Shown here in pieces: positions 25,022-36,660 of a DNA stretch of 64,000 nucleotides. The notes beneath the pieces are model-generated. The model saw nothing but the letters and a program-made list of their open reading frames with translations, ran no database searches and was not told the DNA's origin. Source of the DNA: Nemertoderma westbladi (Eukaryota > Animalia > Xenacoelomorpha); NCBI GenBank assembly GCA_032718475.1, contig JAUCBJ010003703.1:4990-68989 (forward strand), in the 5' to 3' direction. The position numbers and the translations under genes are program-made. Position 1 is the stretch's first letter. Each line of letters begins with the position of its first letter.

Positions 25022-27197
25022 GGGTAGGACTAAAAACCCAAACGGACCCAAACGGTACCCAAACGAACCCAAACGGTGGAATACGGAGTTATATCAACAG
25101 ATGTTATAGTTGCCACAACGGGGAAACAATTATACGATTATACGAAAAATAATTACAGTAATGCAGCTTTTTGTGTTTTACATTCATGAAGAACACAAAA
25201 AACGGTGCCAAGCCCGTATAAATGCAGAGGCTCATCTATCAACCACGCTATTTTACACGTATATGATATACAAATGGACATCATTATGTCCATTTGTGGT
25301 ACATTGTTAAGGTATTAGTTTTGGAAGTAATCAGTTGTTATTTCTGTAAATATCGTTTGTATCGAAAGACCCCCCTATTTAAAGTACTGTATACTTAGTT
25401 ATTGAAATAAAAAGTATTTATTGTTGGGTGTTATAGTTAAAGTTGCCGCCCTCTGGAAACAATCGCCACAACAGATGTTATAGTTGCCCCAACGGAAGAA
25501 ACAATCGCCACTACGGAGGTTATAGTTGCCACAACGGAGGAAACAATCGCCACAACGGGGGACACAATCGCCACAACAGATGTTATACTGTATTTGCTAC
25601 AACGGGGAAACAATTATACGATTATATGAAATAATAATTACAGTAATGCAGCTTTTTGTGTTTTACATTCATGAAGAACACAAAAAACGGTGCCAAGCCC
25701 GTATAAATGCAGAGGCTCATCCTATCAACCACGCTACTTTACACGTATATGATATACAATGGACATCATTATTAATAAAAAAATAAAATAAAGTACAGTG
25801 TATTTTCTGAACGGGCATTTATCAGGGCAGGGCATTTGTAAATAAATTCCAAGGGCAAGGGTTCTGTTGTGCTCTGGGATATGTGGGCACAATTTACTGT
25901 AGGACACACAGTTATCACAATTGGTGGTGGAGAATGATATTTATAACATAAGCGACATTTACAGTAGCAAATATGTGGAAGAATTATGTATTTCAATCCA
26001 TCGTTATTATTCGTGGAAGAGTTTCAGCGAGAAGAGTCAAAATTATGTCAACCTCGTACAGTACAAATTTCAACAGAATGGACGTGATTAATTACTCTGC
26101 AAAATTTTACTCTTAATCATAAAATCGGCCCACCCATCTATGAAATACTGGAAAACGGTGAAGGAAGAATTACGGATACTGTACCAGAAACGAACGAGAC
26201 ACAGGAAATACATAATTTGTAAGTTTAAATACTTTATTGAAGTAATAAAATTAACCAATAAATTAATTGTGTTTAAACACCATTTAATTCCGAATAAAAA
26301 TAGCCTTAGTTTATATAAATCAATTATTGGGGCACAATTTCAGTATATTATATCCATAACGAAATCAGTTTATTTCATTTAGTAATAAGTTCTACAGTAT
26401 ATAGGTAGGTGAGTCTGTCGGTAGGTCAGTTGGTTAGTCTGTCGGTCAGTCTGTCGGTGGGTTAGTTGGTCAGTCAGTCGTTCAGTCTGTCGGTTGGTTG
26501 ATTGGTCGGTAGGTCAGTTGGTTAGTCTGTCTGTCAGTCGGTTGGTCAGTCTTTCATTCAATCTGTCGGTCAGTTTGTTGGTTGGTTGGTTGGTCTTGTG
26601 GCAGTTGGTTTTGTATGTGAGTCCGTCGGTCGGTTGGAAAATTTATCATTCAGTCTGTTGGTCGGTCGGTCAGTTGATGGATCGGTACGTCAGTTGGTTA
26701 GTCTGTCAGTCGGTCGGTCGGTTGGCTGGTCAGTCTGTCGGTCAGTCTCTCGGTCGGTTGGTCAGTATTTCGGTCAGTCTGTTGGTCAGTCGGTTGGTCA
26801 GTCAGTCGCTCAGTCTGTCGGTCGATTGGTCAGTCTGTCGGTCAGTCTGTTGGTCGGTCGGTTGGTCAGACTGTCGGTGGGTCTGTCAGTGTGTACAGTC
26901 TGTCAGTGCAGTCAGTATAAATAAAGCGCTACTTTATACATAATGATGTCCATTGTATATCATATACGTGTAAAGTAGCGTGGTTGATAGATGAGCCTCT
27001 GCATTTATACGGGCTTGGCACCGTTTTTTGTGTTCTTCATGAATGTAAAACACAAAAAGCTGCATTACTGTAATTATTATTTCATATAATCGTATAATTG
27101 TTTCCCCGTTGTAGCAAATACAGTATAACATCTGTTGTGGTGATTGTGTCCCCCGTTGTGGCGATTGTTTCCTCCGTTGTGGCAACTATATCCTCCG
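25022..27197. mobile_element. Second foldback-type element nested in the first, right terminus deleted
   Basis: Starts GGGTAGGACTAAAAACCCAAACGG. 25515-25772 is mirrored almost perfectly at 26941-27197. Internal direct duplication 25100-25285 / 25600-25772. Confidence 0.7.
26405..26915. repeat. Low-complexity (GTCG/GTCA/GTTG)n tetranucleotide-based array
   Basis: Repeats of GTCGGTCAGTCT. The overlapping ORFs are artefacts. Confidence 0.85.
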
Positions 27198-29719
27198 TAA
27201 AATTATATTGTAAAATAATATTGTGGTAATTAGATGCAGTGTAGTCTTGTGGTAAATAGATTGTGGTAATTAGACGCAGTGTTGTGTTGTGGTAATTAGA
27301 CGCAGTATAGTGTTGTGGTAATTAGACGCAGTATAGTCTTGTGGTAATTAGACACTCTTGCATTCTGTATATTGTGGTAATTAGATGCCATTGGAAAATA
27401 ATATTGTGGTAATTAGATGCAGTGTGCAGTGTAGTCTTGTTCGTAAATAGATTGTGGTAATTAGACGCAGTATAGTCTTGTGGTAATTAGACACTTGCGT
27501 TCTGTATATTGTGGTAATTAGATGCCATTGTAAAATAATATTGTGGTAATTAGATGCAGTGTAGTCTTGTGGTAAATAGATTGTGGTAATTAGATGCAGT
27601 ATAGTGTTGTGGTAATTAGACACAGTGTAGTCTTGTGGTAATTAGACGCAGTATAGTCTTGTGGTAATTAGACACTTGCGTTCTGTATATTGTGGTAATT
27701 AGATGCCATTGTAAAATAATATTGTGGTAATTAGATGCAGTGTGCAGTGTAGTCTTGTTCGTAAATAGATTGTGGTAATTAGACGCAGTGTTGTGTTGTG
27801 GTAATTAGACGCAGTATAGTGTTGTGGTAATTAGACGCAGTATAGTCTTGTGGTAATTAGACACTCTTGCATTCTGTATATTGTGGTAATTAGATGCCAT
27901 TGTAAAATAATATTGTGGTAATTAGATGCAGTGTAGTCTTGTGGTAATTAGACACTTGCGTTCTGTATATTGTGGTAATTAGATGCCATTGTAGAATAAT
28001 ATTGTGGTAATTAGATGCAGTGTAGTCTTGTGGTAAATAGATTGTGGTAATTAGACGCAGTATAGTGTTGTGGTAATTAGACACAGTGTAGTCTTGTGGT
28101 AATTAGACGCAGTATAGTCTTGTGGTAATTAGACACTTGCGTTGTGTATATTGTGGTAATTAGATGCCATTGTAAAATAATATTGTGGTAATTAGATGCA
28201 GTGTGCAGTGTAGTCTTGTTCGTAAATAGATTGTGGTAATTAGACGCAGTGTTGTGTTGTGGTAATTAGACGCAGTATAGTGTTGTGGTAATTAGACGCA
28301 GTATAATCTTGTGGTAATTAGACACTCTTGCATTCTGTATATTGTGGTAATTAGATGCCATTGTAAAATAATATTGTGGTAATTAGATGCAGTGTAGTCT
28401 TGTGGTAAATAGATTGTATTAATTAGACGCAGTGTTGTGTTGTGGTAATTAGACGCAGTATAGTGTTGTGGTAATTAGACGCTGTATAGTATTGTGGTAA
28501 TTAGACACTTGCGTTCTGTATATTGTGGTAATTAGATGCGCAGTTAGTCTTGTGGTAAATAGACACTTGCGTTCTGTATATCAGTATATTGTGGTAATTA
28601 GATGCCATTGTAAAATAATATTGTGGTAATTAGATGCCTGTATCGAATTATTGGGGTAGATTGTGGTAGATTGTGGTAGTTTGTGGTTGGTTGGGGTAGG
28701 TTGGGGTAATTAGTAGGACCCCTACAGATCTACTGGCTGACTGGCAGACTGAGTTCGAATGCTATCAACCATTCTTCTATTGCATCGTTGATCTGAGTTG
28801 TTTTGTTAGATTTAATATGTAATAAAACTACCCGACTACCGTCAGACCGTAATGCTGTAATGTACTGGTTTATGAGTATAAAGTATAAACAAAGTCAGAA
28901 AGTGGAGAAGTTGGCTCACTAAATGTAGCTGTGTAGTGGACTAACTGCAACATGCTGACATGCCAGGTCGTATTATAGTACAGTCTGACAGTGCAGCGCA
29001 GCAGTGATACCGGTACCATTAGGTCATACTCATACAGTCATACCATACCAGGCTTCAATATATTTTTTTTAATTTTACCTACCCGGTCCGGCTCCGGTTC
29101 CGGCTCCGGTACTTTTGGAATTTACCCGGTCCGGTTCCGGCTCCGGCAAAAATCTGGCTCCGGTCTAACGCTATTCCCTATACGGAAATTTTACCATGGA
29201 TATCTCTCACAATGACATCAAAAATTTCCCGATAGGGAAATATTGCAAAATTTCATAAAAGTTTAGGTGGTTTGTTGATAACTGATATAAATGTATAACT
29301 GCAAACAGCACTGTGAGCTGAAATTCCAACATGTTTGTCTGTTTGTTGTTGTGCTTTCTATGCCTCTCTACAGCTCTATGCTACATACATGCAGTACATA
29401 AATCATGTAGAATATCTATAGCACAGACCTGTAGACTTTAGATGTGTTGTTAATACCACTGTGCGTTCATGCATCTTCTTTCATTGTCTTTGGAATAGCC
29501 TATGTACAGATGTATACGTTCGTTCATACTATAGATTAATATGTACTGTATATTGCATTGGTGTATTATTGTATTTGTCTGTTTGTATTAATATATATTA
29601 TAGTTATATTATATTTATTCATAGCCATTGCCATAGTTTTGGATTACAGTAAATTTCTATTTGAATTTGAGTGTAGCATTATTAAAAATAATAGGGTGGT
29701 ATATGTAAAGCCTGTTGTC

Positions 29720-30870
29720 AGCTGACTAATAACTATCCCTCGATGTTCCAGTATCTGAGCTCTATTAATTGGGCCTCCATCTTAGAGCCATTAGACCTAC
29801 ATTCATCATTGGACCTATTTCAAAAAGAGCTGATTTCCACATATAAACATAACATTCCAACTAAGTCAGGACCTTCATCCAGTAAACCTAAGTGGATAAA
29901 TGGAATCGTCAAATCTCAAATAAGGATTAAGGAACAAGCTTGGATTAGCTACAAAAATAAAAAAAAAATTTCTTCATTCACAGCCTACAACAAGCAAGCT
30001 AGAAACAGATGTATTTCGGTAATTAAACAGGAGAAGGTTGCCTACGAACGTAAAACTGCAAGTAATGTCCCTAGTAACTCCAAAATATTTTGGAAATTTA
30101 TACAGTCAAAGTACCAAAGGCAAGACAAGCAATACAGGATGATGGTTCGTTTGCTAGCTGATATTGAAAAGGCTACTTTTAATTTATTAATAAGTCAATG
30201 AATGAAAGAGCGCTTCGCTTGGAAGCTCGCCAACCTGCCAACATTTCTCCATGCTATTTAAGAATGGTAGTAAATATTTGTGTGAAAACTTCGGATCTAT
30301 CAGTCTAACTTCAGTGGTCTGCAAACTTATGGAACGAAATATTGTCAATGAAACATACAGCTGTATATCTACATTAAGGAAAATAACCTTATACCCTATG
30401 GCCAATACGGTTTCCAGAAAGGCAGAAAGGGTGATCATGCACTCTGCAACTACTTGATTATATCTTCCATTGGTTCAAAGTACTAGATGATCGCATGTGC
30501 ATCGATGTGTACTTGGACTTTCGGAAAGCCTTTGATTCAGTGCCACAGCAGAGACTGATTGTCAAATTGCATGCCCCCTGGAATAACCGGCTTAAGTTAT
30601 TAAATTGGTTTCGGGCGTTTCTCTGATGTTGTTGTCATGATGTTCCAACTCTACTCATTCATCTTTTCACCGATGACCTCAAAGACACCGCTATACTGCT
30701 ATATTCGACCCCAGTAACATCACCTCTATTGCCCCAGTCTTTTTAACCACGACCAATGTAAGGCTGTAAGCCTGTAAGCTGTACTGCTGTAAGGTAATGC
30801 TCGACCACTCACTAAAGTCCACAGATTTACAAAAAGACTTGGGAGTCCTATGATTAGTGATTGTGAATGA
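29720..30870 (+). pseudogene. Decayed CR1-group LINE ORF2 fragment
   Basis: KPKWIN, NSKIFWKFI, ISLTSVVCKLME, QYGFQK, and YLDFRKAFDSVP at about 30510-30545. Many deletions. Confidence 0.8.
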
Positions 30871-31139
30871 CATTCGTGATTGGTTAATTCAACACATTAC
30901 TCTTGGATACTATTATCATGAAATCTTTAGTCAGTGTCTTTCATTTCGAAGTGTGTGTTGTGCAAGGGAATTGCCATAAAAGCTTAAAAGGTGAAGGAAT
31001 ATTGTAAGGGGGGGTGATGTTTTTGATGAAAATAAACAACCTCTGATTAAAAGTAAATGATGTGTATAAATTCAAATATACAATAATGAAGTGTAGGTTA
31101 GGTAGTGTACCATTATTCAATAGGCCTATATTTTGAATC

Positions 31140-31312
31140 AAAGCACTTAATATTATTCATTATTATTAAAACAGAAAACTTTTCTGGCAACCAACTCATG
31201 GAAAGCGTAGTCGTGGACGACCTGCCATAACATATATAGATCAACTTGAAAGGGATACTGAACTTGGGAGAAACGAAATTGCGACAACTATGGAGAGTAG
31301 TAGTAGTAGTAT
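31140..31312 (+). mobile_element. RTE LINE 3' end with (TAG)n tail
   Basis: WQPTHGKRSRGRPAITYIDQLERDT motif followed by GAGTAGTAGTAGTAGTA. Confidence 0.7.
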
Positions 31313-32299
31313 TAAAACAGAAACCAGGAAAGGTACGTACAGTCAGTCGGTGAGAAGTCAAAAATTGGACTTGAGTCCAAAATTGGACTTCAAATCCAGT
31401 TCAAGTCCAAAATTGGACTTCTGTGAGTCCAATATTGGACTTCAAATCAGCCAATTGTTCCAGGGCCTTGGGTAATTGGATCGGGCGGGATTTTTTTTTT
31501 TTAATCGAAAATATATCAAAAAATAAGAGTTTTGAACAGGGGGACCTGAAATTCACCAGGGGGAACTTGTTTTATAAGGCTTTAAATTTTTACAAAAGTC
31601 CAATATTGGACTTTAAGTCCAATTTTGGACGCGACATTGAGAATCAAACTTAAATGTACATGAAGCATAACAGATGTGAGACAGCCAGACAGCTATTAAG
31701 TTATGGAAAGTTACCTTTGCAGCTCTGTATGTATCTTCAGTGTACTGTACTTAGAATATAATGGTACATTCTAGCATTCTAGGTACTTTGTACTTTACTT
31801 TTAGCATATTGTTTACATTCATGTTATGTCTAACCTTACAGCCTTATGTACCCAGGACTTTATAGAGTCTTTAGGACAGTAGGACTAGATTAGATTATGC
31901 CTGTATGCTCCAATAAATATTTAATTACAAATTATATTTGGTGGAAACTGGTAGCAATGCCAGGTTTGCCAACTGCAGCTGCTGCTAGTGCTAAGGCTAA
32001 CTACAGTACACAGTACAAGCTACGATTTCGTCTAAGCCTATGGGAGCCCTATCAGAAAGAAATACTACAAAGTTGATGCTACCACCATCTCTTCTAAGTT
32101 TTCCATACAACAGGAAGGGTATTTTAAAACAGCTGGATAATGAAAGGGGATTAACTGATTAACGTGTTGGGGTCTCCACATAATAAGTACAACACACGTC
32201 ATAAACCAATTGAGGCTGAGGGAAAGGAACAGGTTACAGAGGCAGGCTTTTCTAACTAAAACAATAATCGGCCAGGATCGGGAAGGAGCCCTATCACCA

Positions 32300-32720
32300 C
32301 ATACTACTAACTACAATCCAGCAATCGGCATGCTGCATTGCAGCTGCATTATAGGCCCTATTAAGAATGCTGTCCCAGTGTCCCGGCTTGTTGACAAAAG
32401 TGAGCCTGCACAACTCCCTTACACTCTTACAGCAGTACAGCCTTATCACCCATGACATTTGCTAGATCATCCACATCTTCAAGGCCAGTGTCCTTTGAGA
32501 CAGTAAGAAAGATGCGTCTCAAGAAAGTCATGGGCTGTCCACCATGCTTATTCACTCCATGAGGTGCACTGGCTGGTCCCCATGACGGAAGCAATGTCCT
32601 GCAAAGCGGAGGCGGCTTTGTTCTAGTGTCAAGCTTGGGGGAACTAATGAGACACCTCCAACTCCAATGTTATATAGTGTCTGGTTGGAGATGTGTGCAT
32701 TGTACTTGACACAGTGAACC
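32300..32720 (-). mobile_element. 5'-truncated RTE copy related to 57408-58590
   Basis: Reverse complement matches the 3' part of the 57480 ORF region and the tail GCAGCTGCAATGCAGCATGCCGAT...TAGTAGTA. Confidence 0.85.
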
Positions 32721-35184
32721 TAATCAAAACAATTAGTCAATTAACATTAACTCAATAACATAATAGGTTACAGTTTACAGTAGTCTTATTTTTGCCATAC
32801 GAAAATACCACAGGCAGACAGGTATGGGCGCTACCCTATAAGCATTTGACGTCTATTTTCACACCTTAACAGGTATGTGGACGTCATTTTACGTCAATTA
32901 TGTTTGTTGCAAGAACTCATCGTTTTGATGGTTGATGTAATTACGTAAAATTACGTCTTGAACACGTCTTGTTGACACGTTCCTGTATGAGACTTATACA
33001 TGGTGGATATAATTACCTAAAATGACGTGTTGAACACGTCTTGATGGCACGTATCTGTGTGATACTTTTCATGGTGGAAATAATTACCTAAAATGACGTC
33101 TTGACGGCACGTATCTGTGTGATGCTTTTCATGGTGGAAATAATTACCTAAAATTACGTCTTGAACACGTGTCTTAATGACACATCTACTTACCACTTAC
33201 AGACTTACCTACTGAATGACTACAGTACGAGTACAGTATATTTAAATTAGTACAGTAGTAGTACCGGCAGACCGGTGCGGTACTACAGTACTACATACTA
33301 GACTCAGGCTACTGCTGGAGCTGGAGTACAGCTGTACAGGTGACAGGATTGTCATTTCACGTTTGAACCACCTGGCTGCTGACCTACCTGGCCTAACATA
33401 TCCTGCAGTCCTGTTTGGTGGCCTCCTGGCTGCCTGGCCTCCAACCTGCAACCTCCAGACCTCTGGACTCTTAAATTTCTTCTTACCAGTAACCTTATGT
33501 AGTACAGTTGTGCAGTGGCAGTAGTAGGCCTCTACACCTACAGTGCTGCAGTATCCCTATTGAAAAGTTTTACCTGTACGCCGACAGCAGGCAGGCTGAA
33601 CACGTTCGGAAGTTCGGCACAGCTTTTCAACTTGCAGACTCTAAACACCCAAATCACACAAAATGGGTCTGTTGATATGCATATGTTTAAGGCTGTAAGG
33701 CTGACAATTATGTAAAACTTTGTTGTTTTCCTATTTCAAAACCATGTGGTTCTGTCTCCCAGTGTGTTGTGCTGCCACTACTACATTCTGAAACATAGGT
33801 CCTACATTGCGAGTAGTACAGGCGAGGATATCATAAATTGGCCTACCATAAATAATATGCAAACAATCTAGGCCTATCTATCTAGGCACATCATTTATTG
33901 TGTGGTCAATTATTATATAAAATGGACAATAACCTTAAATGTTATGTTGTTATTGAATTTATTTTGGGAAAGCGTGTTGAAGTTGAATGGGCTTTAAGTT
34001 CATGGATCATTTCGTACGATAAAAGAAGTCAATCAGTCTTAACATATTGGCCCCGGAGTGTTGAATCAATGCGAAAAGAATTTGGTAATGTAGAGATGTC
34101 AAGTTGGGCGAAACACCGAGGAACTGTTTTGGCTTTTACAAGTTAGTTCAATTTTGAAATATTTCCTTTATTGTTATCTGATCCATATATCATATATCTC
34201 CTTATGTATGTCTTTTTCTTTGTTCTCTCAGCTTCGTTGATTTTTCAGAGAATTGATCACAAAAAAAGGGTATTATTTAATTTATTAATTTGTGGGTTCA
34301 TTTAAAGGCATCTTGATAGATTTATCTAGTTATTATATATTTATTATAGGCCTATTGTTTTCCCTGACAGAGAATGTTGAGAAGGCTGAAAGACTTGCTG
34401 GTGAAGCAGTAATGAGAAACGAAATATACTGCTCCGAAAGTGGTAGTGGTAGAGCACCACCAACAGACGATGAGCTGGGCGATAGACACAGGGGGTTGAG
34501 AAGAAAAAAGGGTATTGATTACAGGCAACTCGATACTGGTAATGCTAGTGATGGAGACGATTTGGAAAGTGATAATGTAAGTAAAATGAGTGAGTAACGT
34601 TGATGCTAATTAATACATGTTTATATTTTAGGGGTCAGCCATTAATGACGTCCGAGGTCAGAGGGGGGCGAGGGGCTCTTCGAAATCCGGACATCTTCGG
34701 ATAGGAGTTGGATGGGGTTGGCTAAATTAGGATGTCCGATTTTCACTTTTCTTTATTTAGATTAATATAAATTTATCACTACTGTAATAAACGGGTTACC
34801 TAATTGGTTGAGGTCAGACCTTCTTCATTATTTTTCACAATATTTTGAGATTATAGGTAGAATACAGTCCATATGTCTAACACAATTGTTCTTTACGCTC
34901 ATCTAATAATGTACCGTCATCATAATGTTCCCACTTCCCACACTATACTGTAGTATTCACACATTTTTCGTTCGTATATTTGCTATTTAGGACATCTTAG
35001 TGTCGGGCATCAAGCCTTCTTCAAAATTCCATTCGATACAGCGGCCACATCCTACCCCATCACCGCTCGACGTTGGTTATTTTAGAGATTGCGACAATAT
35101 TTCTGTAAGTCATTATTTTCAAAATGTCACCGAGACTGTCTGATGTGTGTGTCTGTATATATACAATAATATTTACTTAATAAA

Positions 35185-35469
35185 ATGACTTTACTTAAAA
35201 TGACTCATGCAATATCAGGTCTCCGTCAAATAAGGGGACAACTGACAAAGCAGTGCAAATTATATTTATACAAAACACTAGTATTACCACACCATAACTA
35301 TTGCTGCGAAATTTTAATATCACTCCATAATATTCATGGTTTCAAAGAACAACTATATTCTCTAGAAAAAATACAAAATTATGGTCTGCGGGTAGTACAT
35401 AGCAAAAAAATAGGAACAGAGTTACGGTCACAATCAAAGTTGCCTGCACTACTAAAGGCTCTATTATAA
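35185..35469 (+). pseudogene. LINE ORF2 C-terminal fragment in an intron
   Basis: LYKTLVLPHHNYCCEI...LEKIQNYGLRVV, typical of the post-RT region in CR1/L2-group elements. Confidence 0.65.
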
Positions 35470-35974
35470 AATTTATTTATTTATTAAATTATCTTTAGGG
35501 GCGTAGTAACTGGGTAATGTAGGGTCTGGTGCTTCAAAAGTACTGTGGTTGCCGACGCTTAATCTCAGCCAATCATAAGCTACGGTTGGCCATTCCCTCC
35601 AGGCTTCCACAATTGTTTTCTCAATTGTTGAGTTTTGAGATTAAAAGATAGAATAATAATAATAATAATACTTATATATATATATATTGAATTTCCCGTG
35701 GGAAAATTTAGACAGTATAAAAATAGATTCAGTTTCGGTTCTAGTTTCAGTTTGAAAACCCCCTTCCCCCTCTGTCACATTAATAAATTGGTAATAACGT
35801 CAAACAATTAATACCCACCCCCCCGCCCCCAGGCAATTTTGGAGTCAATGGCTTCGATGTCCTCCTCAATTTATCGATTATACTCGATATTATTGTTTTT
35901 TCATTAAAGTTACCCGCTCATCTACAAATGTGTTAAAGTCAAAGTCAACTTAACATTAAAGTATAGAACATCGC

Positions 35975-36091
35975 CGTGACACAAAAGTCGCCCCCCCCCC
36001 CCCCCCCTCCCTCTGTCACAAAATGTCACGCAAGCTCGACAAACCCCCCCCCCCCCCCAAGTGCGTGTGTGACATACTTTATGAGCGCCCC
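35975..36091. mobile_element. Right end of a PIF/Harbinger-like MITE (a different left end lies at 34631-34740)
   Basis: Ends GTGACATACTTTATGAGCGCCCC with C-rich GTCAC subterminal motifs. No matching TSD with the 34631 end. Confidence 0.45.
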
Positions 36092-36660
36092 TAGTTCCCT
36101 ATATGCTTATATGCTACTTGTTTGGCTTTTAATATAGCACCATGACAATAAAAAGATTAATCAGGTTGCAATCAAGTACCGTACCGTACCTGTACTTATT
36201 TTTTCAATTGGAATCAATTGGATCTGGTTCGATTCCTCGATTCCGTACATCTCATCAGTTATTAGTTTGTATAAAAATCACCTTTTTGTTTATTTTTGTT
36301 TTAGACTAGAGGCAGTACAGGTTCTAGATGCTTGGGATAGGGATAATATGCAGATGCAGACAATTAACCAGGAACAGTTGAGGACATTAACTACTGATCC
36401 CGGATTCCAGTTATCGGTTAATCCAGGAACTGTCGGGACGCTTAATCCTGGTTGTAACTCGGGGTCGCTTACACCACGAACTATCGGTCCGCTTAATCCC
36501 GGTTGTAACTCGGGGTGGGGTCTCTTACTCCTCCAGGAACTGGAGATGTGAATGAGGGCGCACGTACGGAGGCCCGTCGAAAGCCGTATGAAATATTAAT
36601 GGATAAACTAAATACCATAATTGAGACACAGAAGTTTCACAGTAAACTGCTTAGTAACAG

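Larger units (their letters stand above)
23549..28721. mobile_element. Foldback / Mutator-like element with about 1.5-kb arms of modular repeats
   Basis: Termini CGGTCCTACTAATTACCCCAACC / GGTTGGGGTAATTAGTAGGACCC. 9-bp TSD CTACAGATC at 23540-23548 and 28722-28730. Arms of CTAATTACCACAA-anchored units at 23620-25020 and, inverted, at 27205-28640. Confidence 0.92.
23096..29173. mobile_element. Non-autonomous hAT transposon
   Basis: TIRs TAGTGTTAGACCGGAGC / GCTCCGGTCTAACGCTA. 8-bp TSD TTCCCTAT at 23088-23095 and 29174-29181. (TCCGG)n subterminal repeats. Confidence 0.93.

Noticed and set aside
26494-26943. Ser/Val/Gly-rich, membrane-protein-like ORFs
   Set aside because: They come from a low-complexity tetranucleotide array.
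23620-28640. CRISPR-like look: constant core with variable spacers
   Set aside because: Spacers are a few recurring modules, the core is only about 13 bp, the arrays are mirror arms of a transposon, the context is eukaryotic and there are no cas genes.
34631-36091. Single Harbinger-like MITE spanning this interval
   Set aside because: The two ends have different subterminal motifs and flanks (TTA vs TAG), so they are more likely remnants of two elements.
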